A stretch of DNA of 64,000 bases from Candidatus Eiseniibacteriota bacterium (lineage in GTDB: Bacteria; Eisenbacteria; RBG-16-71-46): assembly GCA_036505355.1 (NCBI GenBank), contig DASXTP010000108.1, forward strand, positions 14,857 through 78,856, given 5' to 3'. The stretch's first letter is position 1, and the number at the start of each line of letters is the position of its first letter. This document shows, piece after piece, positions 8,130-18,421 of the stretch. The position numbers and the translations under genes are program-made. The notes below the pieces were generated by a model. That model saw only the letters and a list, made by a program, of their open reading frames with translations, did not search any database and was not told the DNA's origin.

Positions 8130-9245
8130 ATGCGCGACCCACGCGGTGCCGAGCTGGCTCGGCTCATCGTGCACCATTCGACGCAGCTCGCCGCCGGTGA
8201 TGCGGTGCTCATCGAAGCCTTCGACGTGGTCGACGGTCTGGTGCTCGACCTGGTGGAAACGGTGCACACCGCCGGGGCGGTTCCCTTGGTGTCCCTGCGC
8301 AGCTACGGCGTAATCCGCAGTCAGCTCGTCGGAGCGACCGAGGCCCAGATGAGGCTCCAGGGAGCCCTCGAGAAGTTCCAGATGGAGCAGGTCCAGGCGT
8401 ACGTCGGCGTGAGGGGCTCGGCGAACGCCTCGGAGCTCTCGGACGTGCCGAGCGAGCGGATGGCCCTCTACATGGAGCACGTGGTCAAGCCGGTCCATCT
8501 GGACTATCGGGTCAACCGGACGCGCTGGGTGGTGCTGCGCTATCCCAACTCGGCCATGGCCCAGCAGGCCGGGATGAGCACGCAGCAGTTCGAGGATTTC
8601 TTCTTCCGAGTCTGCACGCTGGACTACGGGCGCATGGCGGAAGCCATGGAGCCGCTCAAGCGCCGCATGGAGTCCACCGACCAGGTCCGCCTCGTCGGGC
8701 CGGGAACCGACCTCTCCTTCCGCATCCGAGGCATCCCGGCCGTGAAGTGCGAAGGGCGCCGCAACCTGCCGGACGGCGAGTGCTACACGGCTCCCGTGCG
8801 CGACTCCGTGGAGGGCACGATCGCCTACAACGCCCCCTCGCTCTACCTGGGCACCACCTATGAGAGGGTGCGATTCACCTTCGAAGGCGGACGGATCGTG
8901 CGAGCCGAGGGTGAGCCTCAGGAGGCGCTGAATCGGCTCCTCGACACCGACGAAGGGGCGCGCTACGTGGGCGAGTTCTCGCTCGGGTTCCACCCGTACA
9001 TCACGCGCCCGATCAAGGACACCCTGTTCGACGAGAAGATCGCCGGCTCCCTGCACTTCACCCCCGGCCAGGCCTACCAGACGGCCGACAACGGAAACCG
9101 TTCGAAGATCCACTGGGATCTGGTCTTGATCCAGACCCCATCGTGGGGCGGCGGCGAGGTCTGGTTCGACGGCGAGCGGGTTCGCAAAGACGGGCGCTTC
9201 GTGGTCCCCGAGCTCGAAGGCTTGAACCCCGAGCGGCTCGGATAG
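8130..9245 (+). CDS. Aminopeptidase, M29 (AmpS/aminopeptidase T) family
   Basis: ATG 8130 (GGAGAA upstream) within ORF 7938..9245. Motifs GECYTAP, EFSLGFHP, IAGSLHFTPGQAY and IHWDLVL are typical of M29 aminopeptidases. Confidence 0.8.
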   Translation: MRDPRGAELARLIVHHSTQLAAGDAVLIEAFDVVDGLVLDLVETVHTAGAVPLVSLRSYGVIRSQLVGATEAQMRLQGALEKFQMEQVQAYVGVRGSANASELSDVPSERMALYMEHVVKPVHLDYRVNRTRWVVLRYPNSAMAQQAGMSTQQFEDFFFRVCTLDYGRMAEAMEPLKRRMESTDQVRLVGPGTDLSFRIRGIPAVKCEGRRNLPDGECYTAPVRDSVEGTIAYNAPSLYLGTTYERVRFTFEGGRIVRAEGEPQEALNRLLDTDEGARYVGEFSLGFHPYITRPIKDTLFDEKIAGSLHFTPGQAYQTADNGNRSKIHWDLVLIQTPSWGGGEVWFDGERVRKDGRFVVPELEGLNPERLG

Positions 9246-9302
9246 CCGGCGGCCCCGGCGTCAACGGGCCGCACTGGCACCCTTCCCCCTCCGGGGGCTT
9301 CC

Positions 9303-11261
9303 ATGATCCAGTTGCTCGACGTCAAGTACTCGGTCGGCCCGCGGGTGCTGTTCGAGGGCCTGAGCTGGGTGATCGCGCCCGGGGACCGCTGCGCCCTGGT
9401 CGGCCCCAACGGGACCGGCAAGACTACGCTGATCCGGGTGGCGCTGGGCGAGATCGCTCCCGAGGCCGGGACGCGCGTGCTCGCCCGCGGGACCCGCCTC
9501 GGCCACCTTCCCCAGGAGGCGGCCGAGCGCTTCGAGGGTACCGTCCTCGAGCGCGCTCTCGAGGCGCACGGCGCGGTGCGCGCGATGCGCGACGAACTGG
9601 ACGGTCTTCATCAACGGATGGCGACCAGCTCACCCGACGACCCGGACCTGTCTCGGCTCTTGGAACGGGCGGGCGAGCTGCAGCACCGCCTCGATCTGCA
9701 CGGAGAGCACGCACTGGAACCCGAGGCCCGGCGGGTGCTGTCCGGCCTCGGCTTCTCCGAGAGCCACCCGGATCGCCCGCTGGCGGAGTTTTCCGGTGGG
9801 TGGCGCATGCGCGCGGCGCTGGCCGCCCTGCTGCTCGCCGATCCCACGCTGCTGTTCCTGGACGAGCCGACCAACCATCTGGACCTGCCGGCGATCGAAT
9901 GGCTCGAAGACTACTTGCAGGGCTACCACGGCGGGTTGGTCGTGGTGTCCCACGACCGCGTGTTTCTCGATCGCGTCGCCACCGAGGTGCGCGAGCTGGA
10001 GGGCGGCCGGCTTCACGACTACCCCACCACCTTCACCCGGTACCTGGAAGAGCGGGAGGCGCGGCGCGAACAGATCGAGGCCCAAAACGCCCAGCTCGAA
10101 CGACGGATCACGCAGCTGTCGCGCTTCGTCGAACGCTTCGGCGCCAAGAACACCAAGGCGTCGCAGGCGCAGAGCAAGCGAAAGCTGATCGCTCGGCTCC
10201 AGCAGCAGCGCGTGGTGGTGCCCCGGCGCCCCAAGAACATCGGCTTTCAGTTTCCGCCTCCCCCCCACGCCGGACGGACCTTGATCCGGCTCCGGGACGT
10301 AGCCTTCGGGTACGACGCGCGGGACGTGTTCGCCGACGCGCGGTTCGACCTCGAGCGCGGCGACAAGCTGGCGATCGTCGGTGCCAACGGCGCCGGCAAG
10401 ACCACCTTGCTGCGGGTGATCGCCGGACAGCTCGCTCCGCGACAGGGCGGGCGCGAGCTTTTCCCGCTGACCCGCCTGGCCTACTTCGCCCAGCATGCGG
10501 CCGAATCGCTGGACTCCGGCGACACGGTGCTGGCCGCCTTGGAAGCGGTCGCGCCCCCCGATTGGCGACCGCGCTTGCGTTCCCTGCTCGGCAACTTCCT
10601 CTTTTCGGGCGACGACGTGTTCAAGCTCTGCCGCGTGCTTTCGGGCGGCGAACGGCAACGCGTGGCGCTGGCCCGGATCCTGGTCGAGCCGGCCAACCTC
10701 CTGCTGCTCGACGAGCCGACCCACCATCTCGATCTGGGCGGCAAGGAGGTGCTGGAGGACGCCCTCGACCAATACCCGGGCGCGGTGGCGGTGGTGACCC
10801 ACGACCGATCCCTGATGGCGCGGGTCGCGACCCGCATCGTCGAGGTGGAGCACGGCCGCGTGCGCCTCTATCCGGGAGGCTACGAGGACTACGAGGCCGC
10901 ATACCGTACGCGCCAGCCGGAGGCGGGCGGGGCTCCGCGGCCCTTGGGAACGCCGAGTGGAGGCCCGCGATCCGAGGCCCGCTCGGCGGGGACTCGTCCC
11001 CGCCACTCCACCCGAGGGCCTACGGCGGCGGCCGCGGGTTCGGGCTCGCGACCGGCCCGACCACCGAAACGACCGCGCGAGCTGGAGCGGGTCGAACGGG
11101 AGATCGAGGCCCGCGAGACCCGGCTCCAGGAGCTCGAGCGGCGGCTCGCCGACGCGGAGGTGTACCAGGACGGCGCGCGCGCGCGCGCGCTGGTCTCGGA
11201 ATACGAGCGACTGCGGGCCGAGGTGGAATCGCTGTGGCAGCGGCTCGTCGAGCTGGGTTGA
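9303..11261 (+). CDS. ABC-F family ATPase (two ABC domains, no transmembrane domain)
   Basis: Two Walker A sites (GPNGTGKTT, GANGAGKTT), two LSGG signatures (FSGGWRMR, LSGGERQR) and a C-terminal coiled-coil tail. 652 aa. Confidence 0.9.
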   Translation: MIQLLDVKYSVGPRVLFEGLSWVIAPGDRCALVGPNGTGKTTLIRVALGEIAPEAGTRVLARGTRLGHLPQEAAERFEGTVLERALEAHGAVRAMRDELDGLHQRMATSSPDDPDLSRLLERAGELQHRLDLHGEHALEPEARRVLSGLGFSESHPDRPLAEFSGGWRMRAALAALLLADPTLLFLDEPTNHLDLPAIEWLEDYLQGYHGGLVVVSHDRVFLDRVATEVRELEGGRLHDYPTTFTRYLEEREARREQIEAQNAQLERRITQLSRFVERFGAKNTKASQAQSKRKLIARLQQQRVVVPRRPKNIGFQFPPPPHAGRTLIRLRDVAFGYDARDVFADARFDLERGDKLAIVGANGAGKTTLLRVIAGQLAPRQGGRELFPLTRLAYFAQHAAESLDSGDTVLAALEAVAPPDWRPRLRSLLGNFLFSGDDVFKLCRVLSGGERQRVALARILVEPANLLLLDEPTHHLDLGGKEVLEDALDQYPGAVAVVTHDRSLMARVATRIVEVEHGRVRLYPGGYEDYEAAYRTRQPEAGGAPRPLGTPSGGPRSEARSAGTRPRHSTRGPTAAAAGSGSRPARPPKRPRELERVEREIEARETRLQELERRLADAEVYQDGARARALVSEYERLRAEVESLWQRLVELG

Positions 11262-11316
11262 ATGGTTGTTCCCGAATCGGGCATCGGCGGATGCCCGATT
11301 GGGAGAAACACCCGTC

Positions 11317-12114
11317 TCACCAGAGCTCGCGTTGGGCCCAGCGTTCCCGGGGATCCACCGCGACCAGCCCCAACCGGCGCCTCATCTCGTTGGCGCTCGA
11401 CGGCGAGTGTCCGGCCCAGTGGTTGTTGAAGTAGCCGTAGACCTCTCGAACCTGCGGCAAGACCCTTCTCAGATCGGTTTCCCAGGCCCCGAACTCCGGG
11501 CCGCGGTCGATCTGGAGCCGATCGAAGCGCTGGACCGCGTGGCGCTCACCGAGCCAGCGCAGGTACAAGAAGTCCGAGGTGACCTCGGTTACCCGGGGCA
11601 GGTTTCGCCAGTCGGCCCAAACCACCGCCACGTCCCGGTCGCGGAGCAGATCGAAGGTTTCCGCCTGATGCCACGACGGGTGACGTAACTCGACCGCCAT
11701 CTTGATGCCACTTGGCCGCACGGCCAGAAATCGGTCCAGCACGCCGGCGGTCCCAGGGTCCCGCTCGAACTCGGCCGGCATCTGCACCAACAGCGGCCCG
11801 AGCCGCTCCCCCAACGGCTCGAGCGCCCGGGCGAAATCCTGCAGGTGATCCCCCATGCGGGCCAGGCGGGCCTCGTGGGTGATGCGTTGCGGCACCTTGG
11901 CCGCGAATCGAAAATCCGCCTTGGAGTGTTGCAGCCAGGACCGCACGACGCTGGGGCGGGGCGGGTGGTAGAAGGTCGTGTCCAGCTCGACCGTGTCGAA
12001 GACCTCGGCGTAGAAGGACAGGTAGTCCTCTTGCTTGCTGCCCGGCGGATAGAAGACGCCCACCCAGTCCGGGTAGGACCAGCCTTGGGTGCCGAGACGG
12101 ATGGTCGCCGTCAC
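11317..12114 (-). CDS. DUF72 (YecE-like) family protein
   Basis: GTG 12114. IRLGTQGWSYPDWVGVFYPPG..FYAEVFDTVELDTTFY is the typical DUF72 N-terminus. Confidence 0.8.
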   Translation of the reverse strand: MTATIRLGTQGWSYPDWVGVFYPPGSKQEDYLSFYAEVFDTVELDTTFYHPPRPSVVRSWLQHSKADFRFAAKVPQRITHEARLARMGDHLQDFARALEPLGERLGPLLVQMPAEFERDPGTAGVLDRFLAVRPSGIKMAVELRHPSWHQAETFDLLRDRDVAVVWADWRNLPRVTEVTSDFLYLRWLGERHAVQRFDRLQIDRGPEFGAWETDLRRVLPQVREVYGYFNNHWAGHSPSSANEMRRRLGLVAVDPRERWAQRELW

Positions 12115-12745
12115 GATGCGGGCTCGGCGACGGCGCGCCCCGATGAGTCGGCCGTAGTGGGCCCGACCGCGGCGGTCGTGATCTTACCGAACCCGGCCAG
12201 TAGGTGCCGCTCGAAGAAGCGCATCACCCAAGCCTCGTACTGCACTCGGCGCCTCGCCCAGCCTTGATTGTGGCCGGCCTCGGGGACCAGCCACGGCGGG
12301 TGGCGACTTCCGGCAGCCCGCCACAGCGCTCGCCGCGGCGATCGAACCCGGGCTGCTGAGTGAGCCAGGCCAATGCGCCGCGCGCGTCCGGCACTTCGTA
12401 AGAACCCAGGGTGGTGGGCTTGCGGTCCCAAGGTCGCGACAACCGGAAGTCGATGGCGAGTAAGGAATAACCGGCTTGATATGAGAAGCGACCGCAACGC
12501 CAGACGCGCTCGTGGGTGCGCCCGTGTCCGTGCAGCAGCAACACCGCCGCGTCACCGCGACCGCGCAGGAACCAGCCGTCGACCGTGTCTCCGTCGGCCG
12601 TCGGGATGCGCGCGCGGCGAGCCTGTGGATCCAGGGACTCGACTCCGCCCAAATCGCCGGGGAGTGCCGGGAAAAGGGCGAGCCACGGCCGGCCGCTCGA
12701 GAGCAGAAGTGCCGCGCACCCTGTGAGGGCGATCCAGCGTCTCAT
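12111..12745 (-). pseudogene. Alpha/beta-hydrolase-like gene remnant (frameshifted and too short)
   Basis: The N-terminal part from ATG 12745 (signal sequence, VLLLHGHGRTHE, SLLAIDFR, ALAWLTQQPGFDRR) is in the frame of ORF 12224..13213. The C-terminal part (WLVPEAGHNQ..FFERHL, stop 12111) is in the frame of ORF 12111..12497. The two meet near 12335 and no GxSxG nucleophile elbow lies between them. Confidence 0.4.
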
Positions 12746-12804
12746 GGTTTCCGAAAGCCCACCGCGCGGCACCGGCACGTCGTAGGCCCCAAGCCGGGGC
12801 CCCG

Positions 12805-13947
12805 CTACCGTTCGACTTTGAGCCCTCGCGGCCCGATGTACTCCGACTGCGGCCGAATCAGGTGATCCTCGGCGTGCTGCTCGATCACGTGGGCGCACCA
12901 CCCCGCCACGCGGCCACAGGCGAACATCGCCACGAACCCCCGGGGCTTGAGCCCCAGCGACTGGAGCACCAGCGCGGTGTAGAACTCCACGTTGGTGCGG
13001 AGATTGCGGCCGGGCTTCTGCTCGTCGAGCACGCGCAGTGCCGTCTGCTCCACGTTGCGGGCCAGGTCGAACAGCTCGCGATTCTCGAGCTCGGCCCCGG
13101 CCATCTCCTCGGCCACCCGGCTCAGCACCTCGGCGCGCGGATCCCGAACCTTGTAGACCCGATGCCCGAAACCCATGATGCGACGACCGGCCGCGAGCTC
13201 CCGCTTGAGCCATGCCTCGGCCTGGTCGGCCGTCCCGATATTCACCAACATGTCGAGCACCGGCCCCGGGGCCCCACCATGGAGCGGCCCCTTGAGGGCC
13301 CCGATCGCGCCCGTGACCGCACTGACGACATCGGAGCGGGTGCTGGCGATGACGCGGGCAGCGAAGGTGGACGCGTTCATGCCATGATCAATGACCGTGA
13401 CCCAATAGGTGTCCAGGGCGCGTGCCGCCACCGGGTCCGGGTCGCGGCCGTGCACCATGTAGAGGAAATTGGCGGCCAGCGAAAGGTCTTCACGGGGAGT
13501 GATCGCCTCCAAGCCGGCCGAGAATCGCGCGTGAGCCGCGACGATGGTGGGGAACCGCGCGGTGAGCATCTTGGCCTGAGCCAAGTCCGCCGAGGGCGAG
13601 ATGTCGTCGGGATCCGCCACGTCCAACGAGAGCATGGCGCACGCCATCCGCAACGCATCGATCGGAGGAGCGGCCGCGGCATTGCGGATCACGCCCAGGA
13701 CCGGGCTGGGGAGCCGGCGCAAGACCGCCATCTCCCGCCTCAGCATGGCGAGATCGTCACGGCTCGGGAGCACGCCACGCCACAACAGGTGTGCGGCCTC
13801 CTCGAATCCGACGCGCCCGGCGAGGTCCTTGAGCTCGTAGCCGCCGATGACGAGCTGCCCAGCAAGGCCGTCCACGTGGCTCAGGCGGGTCTGGGCAGCA
13901 ACGACCCCCTCGAGACCGCGTGGTGCCGGAGTAGTGGTACCGGACAT
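12805..13947 (-). CDS. gltA: Citrate synthase (short, ~380-aa type)
   Basis: Contains GLEGV, GFGHRVYKVRDPRA and the surrounding citrate/2-methylcitrate synthase signature blocks. 380 aa. Confidence 0.85.
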   Translation of the reverse strand: MSGTTTPAPRGLEGVVAAQTRLSHVDGLAGQLVIGGYELKDLAGRVGFEEAAHLLWRGVLPSRDDLAMLRREMAVLRRLPSPVLGVIRNAAAAPPIDALRMACAMLSLDVADPDDISPSADLAQAKMLTARFPTIVAAHARFSAGLEAITPREDLSLAANFLYMVHGRDPDPVAARALDTYWVTVIDHGMNASTFAARVIASTRSDVVSAVTGAIGALKGPLHGGAPGPVLDMLVNIGTADQAEAWLKRELAAGRRIMGFGHRVYKVRDPRAEVLSRVAEEMAGAELENRELFDLARNVEQTALRVLDEQKPGRNLRTNVEFYTALVLQSLGLKPRGFVAMFACGRVAGWCAHVIEQHAEDHLIRPQSEYIGPRGLKVER

Positions 13948-13990
13948 GCGTCGCTCCTTTCGCGGTTGGCTGGACGCGGCAGGCGGGCGC

Positions 13991-15631
13991 CTAGCTCCGG
14001 CTGGCCAGCTCGTCCACGAACGTGCCGACGTTCAGCGCCTGGCCCGTGGCCTGCCGCAAAGTCTCCCGCCAGTCCGTCGACTTTCCGCTCCGATAGAGTC
14101 GCCCTTTCAGGAATCCGCCCACCAGCGGGCTGGTGACGTACCGCCTCCACACCCCTTCTCCGTCCCCCAACAACTGGCGCAGGATGTGGGCTTGGAGCTG
14201 GGAGGCCATGATTTCGCCCAGCATGTAGTTGTGGTAGTAGACCGGCGCCACGCTGAAGTGGATCTTGCTCGCCCAATCGGGGGCATGCCGCTCGTCGGGT
14301 CGCCGCACCCATTGGAACTCCTCCACCAGGTCCCACCACAGTGAATCGAGATCCTGAGTCGGATTGCGATAGAGGGCGCGTTCCATCTGACTCATCACCA
14401 GACACCACCGGACCTGCACCAGCAGCTGGGACCGGGTGGCGCGCGCCAGCGTCTCCCCGACCACCCTCGCCTCGTCCTCGGGCACCCCGGCGTGTCGAGC
14501 CAGCCAATCCGCATTCTTGGACAGGCGGCCGAACAGCATTGCCGACGCCTCGGTCGTGAGCGTGTGGGCCGGGACCCGAAGCAGGTAGGGCAGCGACGGG
14601 TCGATCGACTGGTCGTACACCGCGTGCCCGTACTCGTGCAGCATGGTCCCCATCCAGTACTCGTTGGGTCTCAGGTTACATAGCACGCGAATGTCCGCCG
14701 CACGATCCATGCACAAGCAGAAGGCGTGCTGGCTCTTCCCGGGCTTCTCGTACAGGTCGGCCCGTTCCAGCAGGTCCCGAATCGAAAACCCCACCGCCCC
14801 GAAGAACCGCTCGGTGAGGGCTTCGAGCGACTGGTGAGCAAAATACCGGTCCAGCCCAACCCCGGCGGCCGGTGCCTCCTGGAAGAACGGGTCGCTGTAA
14901 TGCCACGGTCGAAGCGCCGCCGGCTCGATCCCGAACCGACGTCCGAGCTGCAGGTCCAGCTCTCGCTTGTAGCGCTCGAACAGCGGTCGCGTGCCACGCT
15001 CGAGCTCCTGGAGCAGCGAGAACAGCTCCCCTTCGTCCAGCTCGTCCAGCTCGAGCATCATCGAGTAGTAGTTGGCAAAGTCCAGGTCATTCGCGGCTTG
15101 GTTGCGCAGCCGCACCAGCTCGAGCAGGTCGGCGACCACCTCTGCCCCGATCTGCTTCGACGCCTCCCAGGCCGAGCGACGCTGCTCGGGGTCATCGGAT
15201 CCGGTCAGGATCTCGCGGATCTCGTTGTCGGTCACCCGCCGGCCGTCGAGCTGGGCACGGAAATTGTTGAATTGACTCTCGAGCCCCTTTTCAAGGCGCA
15301 CCAGGCGGTCGATGGTTTCCGGAGGGATCTGATGGGCTCGATGCTCGTGGTGGAGCAGCACGAGCTGCCGCTGAAGGATCGGGTCCGGGATCGCTCCGCC
15401 CTCGAGGAGCCCGCAGAGGAAGCGATAGGGCTCGGGCCGGGCGAAGATCTTGCGGATCGCCGCGTCGAGTCGGGCGCTCTCCTCTTCGTGGCGGGCCTCC
15501 CCGGTGATGTTGGCCATCCACACGGCCTGATTGTGCTGCCGATGGAGCGGCTCCACCTCGGCCACCAGCCGCTGGATGAACTCCGCCAGGGCCGCCCGGC
15601 GTTCCGGCTCCGTGGACTTGGGCGTTTCCAC
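13991..15631 (-). CDS. Zinc metallopeptidase, M2 (ACE-like peptidyl-dipeptidase) family
   Basis: GTG 15631 with GAGGAG upstream. DIRVLCNL..MLHEYGHAVYD..TTEASAMLFG parallels the ACE pattern D.RI..C..HEMGH..Y..HEA.G. The N-terminal WMANITGE block is also ACE-like. Confidence 0.6.
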   Translation of the reverse strand: METPKSTEPERRAALAEFIQRLVAEVEPLHRQHNQAVWMANITGEARHEEESARLDAAIRKIFARPEPYRFLCGLLEGGAIPDPILQRQLVLLHHEHRAHQIPPETIDRLVRLEKGLESQFNNFRAQLDGRRVTDNEIREILTGSDDPEQRRSAWEASKQIGAEVVADLLELVRLRNQAANDLDFANYYSMMLELDELDEGELFSLLQELERGTRPLFERYKRELDLQLGRRFGIEPAALRPWHYSDPFFQEAPAAGVGLDRYFAHQSLEALTERFFGAVGFSIRDLLERADLYEKPGKSQHAFCLCMDRAADIRVLCNLRPNEYWMGTMLHEYGHAVYDQSIDPSLPYLLRVPAHTLTTEASAMLFGRLSKNADWLARHAGVPEDEARVVGETLARATRSQLLVQVRWCLVMSQMERALYRNPTQDLDSLWWDLVEEFQWVRRPDERHAPDWASKIHFSVAPVYYHNYMLGEIMASQLQAHILRQLLGDGEGVWRRYVTSPLVGGFLKGRLYRSGKSTDWRETLRQATGQALNVGTFVDELASRS

Positions 15632-15887
15632 GACGACTCCTCAAGCATCGGCTGGACACCCGAGCGAAGGGGACCCGAGCACGGTGAGGTTCGGTGTCTC
15701 TTGGTGTGCGGGTGCGGAGTTTAGCGGAGGGCAGCCAGGGGCTCAACCTGGCCGCCGTTTCCTGTGGGACGTTCCCCGGCACTCGGGTGCCACGGCTCGC
15801 TGAATGGAGATGTGCCAGGCGATCAGCGACAGCCAATCAGGCTGCCCGTGGCCACCGGAACGGCGAATCCCTTCGCGGCGGGGTGCC

Positions 15888-16406
15888 TCAGGGGGAGTCT
15901 TCTTCGCGCCACGCCGCCGTCAGCGGTGCGCCGGCGCTTTCCGCCAGCCCGATGCCGATTACGGCGGCGGTGTTCACCAGGTGCACCGCGATCGGCGTGA
16001 GCAGCGCGAAGAACTCCCATCCGCACTGGTTCATGAAGTCCGAGATGCGTTGGGTCTCCCGTTGCAGCGGCATCCACACCCGACCGACCAGCGTCGTGCC
16101 ATCGTTCACCAGGATCTCGGCCTCCTCCTCCCGCCAGGGCAGGAAACCGCGCGCGAAGATGTCGCTCTGGATGACCTGCCGCCCGGTGGTGACGCGGGCG
16201 ATCCGATGCTTGTTGAAGAGCTGGATCCGCCCCTCCGGCCCCACCGCCACCGGGAGGAACCGCGCGGACTCGTTGAGCTTTTCCAGCACCGTCTGGTGGC
16301 GATTGCCCGCCGCGTCCAGATCCAGGAACACCGAGCCCTGGAATCCGTGGAGGTCACTCGACCACAGGGTCACGGGGATTCGTCGTTTGGGAATGTAATG
16401 GTCCAT
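15888..16406 (-). CDS. Hypothetical protein
   Basis: Last 172 codons of ORF 15888..16928, from ATG 16406. This part is coding-like, whereas the upstream ORF extension is Arg/Pro/Ser-rich. Confidence 0.6.
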   Translation of the reverse strand: MDHYIPKRRIPVTLWSSDLHGFQGSVFLDLDAAGNRHQTVLEKLNESARFLPVAVGPEGRIQLFNKHRIARVTTGRQVIQSDIFARGFLPWREEEAEILVNDGTTLVGRVWMPLQRETQRISDFMNQCGWEFFALLTPIAVHLVNTAAVIGIGLAESAGAPLTAAWREEDSP

Positions 16407-16764
16407 GGCGAATCCTTCGAGAATGGAGCTCTCGGCTCGGCCCACTCGCCGCGGCCGGCGCCACGCGCGTGGTTCCGGACCCGGTGCCCGGAACGCGCCC
16501 ACGAGCGGCTCGATGCCCATAGCAAGGGACCTGCCGCCGCCGGCCCGCTCGGAAAGACCCATCGTGGAGGACGCCGGGCACGGCCCTGGGGCGTCGCGCT
16601 CTCCAGGGGCCCCGCCCTTTGGCCGTGAGCGGCGTGCGATCTGCACGGCCCGTCGGGCCGAAATGCCCGCCCGTGGCGTGGTCTGTTCGGGCATCGCTGC
16701 CGCGCCTCGACGGCGGCATTTCCCGCGGCCGCTGCATGACCGCGGCGACGGAAGACCCAATCGT

Positions 16765-17415
16765 TCAGCGGGGAACGCGAGGGATGACGCTGGCCACCTT
16801 GAACCGGAACGAGTAGGTGCGTGGCCGGTCCTCCACCAGGAGCACCAGGTCGACGCCGAACGTTCGGTCGGTGTATTGGGGGGCGGTCGAATCTTCGGGC
16901 AGCAGGGGGCGATGGAGCTGTTGATCACTGTCCGGGCTGTCCAGCAAGGAGAGCAAGGGCATCACGTAGTCGCCGTAGCGCTGAAGACCCGCGATCTGCG
17001 TGCTCGCCATGGCTTGAAAGCGATCCTTCCATCGCGTCGTGCTGTGCGCCACCTTTCCGGAGCGGTCGTTGGGATCGTAGAACGTCGAGCGTTCCCAATC
17101 GATCGACACCGGCCGGTTCTGCCGGTTTTCCACTTGGAAATAGAGGGCGTCCGGAGCCGGCCGGAAGTGGAAGGATAGATCCCGGTCCTGGTAGGTGAAC
17201 CGATCGCTCGACGGCTCCGTCTGGCGAAAGCGGTAGACGTAGGGCGCGCCTGGCATCCCGGGAATGGACTCCACCGAATCGCTGGCACCGCTCAAAACCT
17301 TGCTGAGCCCCGGCTGGGGGGCCGGAGGAAGGCCCTCGGGCGCCGGCGCGGACGAGCATCCGAGTAGCAACGCCACCGGCCAGCCCGGAAGGCTCTTCCA
17401 GAGAGACGCGCGCAC
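16765..17415 (-). CDS. Hypothetical lipoprotein
   Basis: GTG 17415. Signal peptide plus lipobox ALLLGCSS. 216 aa. Confidence 0.65.
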   Translation of the reverse strand: MRASLWKSLPGWPVALLLGCSSAPAPEGLPPAPQPGLSKVLSGASDSVESIPGMPGAPYVYRFRQTEPSSDRFTYQDRDLSFHFRPAPDALYFQVENRQNRPVSIDWERSTFYDPNDRSGKVAHSTTRWKDRFQAMASTQIAGLQRYGDYVMPLLSLLDSPDSDQQLHRPLLPEDSTAPQYTDRTFGVDLVLLVEDRPRTYSFRFKVASVIPRVPR

Positions 17416-17484
17416 GAACCGAGACTAGCACGCCGAGGCGCCGTCTTCACGCCTCGGCCAGGGCCCCGCCAAGTCCCGCCTCCC

Positions 17485-18396
17485 TCAGGCGGCCAAGCGT
17501 CGGCGGAGCAGGCCTGCGAGCGCCTCTTCGAGTCGCGGGTGGAGGAACGTGAACCCGCTGTGCTCGAGCCGCCGGGGCACTGCCCGAGTGCTGCCGAGGA
17601 GCATCTCGTCGGCCATCTGGCCGAGCGCCAGCCTCAACGCCCATGCAGGTACCTGGAAGCGCGTCGGACGCCGCAGCACTCGCCCCAACGTCGCTGCGAA
17701 CTCCCGACTGGTGACCGGCTGGGGGGCCACGGCGTTGACCGGTCCGGCGAGCGCTGGGTGGTCCAACAGGATATGAAACGCCGCCAGCAGGTCGTCCACG
17801 GCGATCCAGCTCCAAAACTGACCACCGTCGCCCAGCGGGCCGCCGAGCCCCAAGCGGAACGCGGGAAGCATCCTGGCCAGGGCGCCTCCGTTCCGCGCCA
17901 GCACCAGACCGAGCCTCGGATGCACCACCCGGATGCCGCGCTCCCGGGCCGGATCCGCGGCCCGCTCCCAGGACTCAGCCACGTCGGCGAGGAAACCCTC
18001 GCCGCGGGGGCTCTCCTCGGTCAGCAACTGATCGCCCCGGTGCCCGTAGAATCCGACCGCCGACGCCGACACCAGCACACGGGGCGGCGGGTCCAATCGA
18101 CAGAGGGCTTCGGAAAGCAGCCGCGTGCTCCGGACGCGGCTGTCGCGGATGCGAGCCTTGGTGCCGGACGTCCACCGGCCGCCGGCGAGGCTGGCTCCGG
18201 CGAGGTGAACCGCCGCTTCGACGCCTCGCAGGGCCGTCGGGTCGAGGATTTCCCGCTCGGGGTCCCAGCGGACCTCGTCCGCAGCGGGCCGTGGAGGCCG
18301 TCGCACGAGTCGCATCACGGCGTGCCCAGCGCGCTCCAAGCTCGGCACCAAGGCCGAACCGACAAAACCGCTCGAGCCGGTGACGACGATCTTCAT
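17485..18396 (-). CDS. TIGR01777/YfcH-type epimerase-family NAD-binding protein (SDR39U1-like)
   Basis: MKIVVTGSSGFVGSAL Rossmann motif. The length and the C-terminal DUF1731-like region are typical of this family. Confidence 0.8.
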   Translation of the reverse strand: MKIVVTGSSGFVGSALVPSLERAGHAVMRLVRRPPRPAADEVRWDPEREILDPTALRGVEAAVHLAGASLAGGRWTSGTKARIRDSRVRSTRLLSEALCRLDPPPRVLVSASAVGFYGHRGDQLLTEESPRGEGFLADVAESWERAADPARERGIRVVHPRLGLVLARNGGALARMLPAFRLGLGGPLGDGGQFWSWIAVDDLLAAFHILLDHPALAGPVNAVAPQPVTSREFAATLGRVLRRPTRFQVPAWALRLALGQMADEMLLGSTRAVPRRLEHSGFTFLHPRLEEALAGLLRRRLAA

Positions 18397-18421
18397 GCGG
18401 CGCGGCGACCGTGGACGGACC

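Noticed and set aside
16407-16764. The 358-nt spacer between two minus-strand genes, and likewise the 414-nt divergent spacer 50980..51393. I examined both for riboswitch, sRNA, SRP, 6S or tmRNA-like features.
   Set aside because: No recognisable conserved RNA motif by eye, only short GC stems expected by chance. This needs Rfam/Infernal. It is not supported, but also not excluded.
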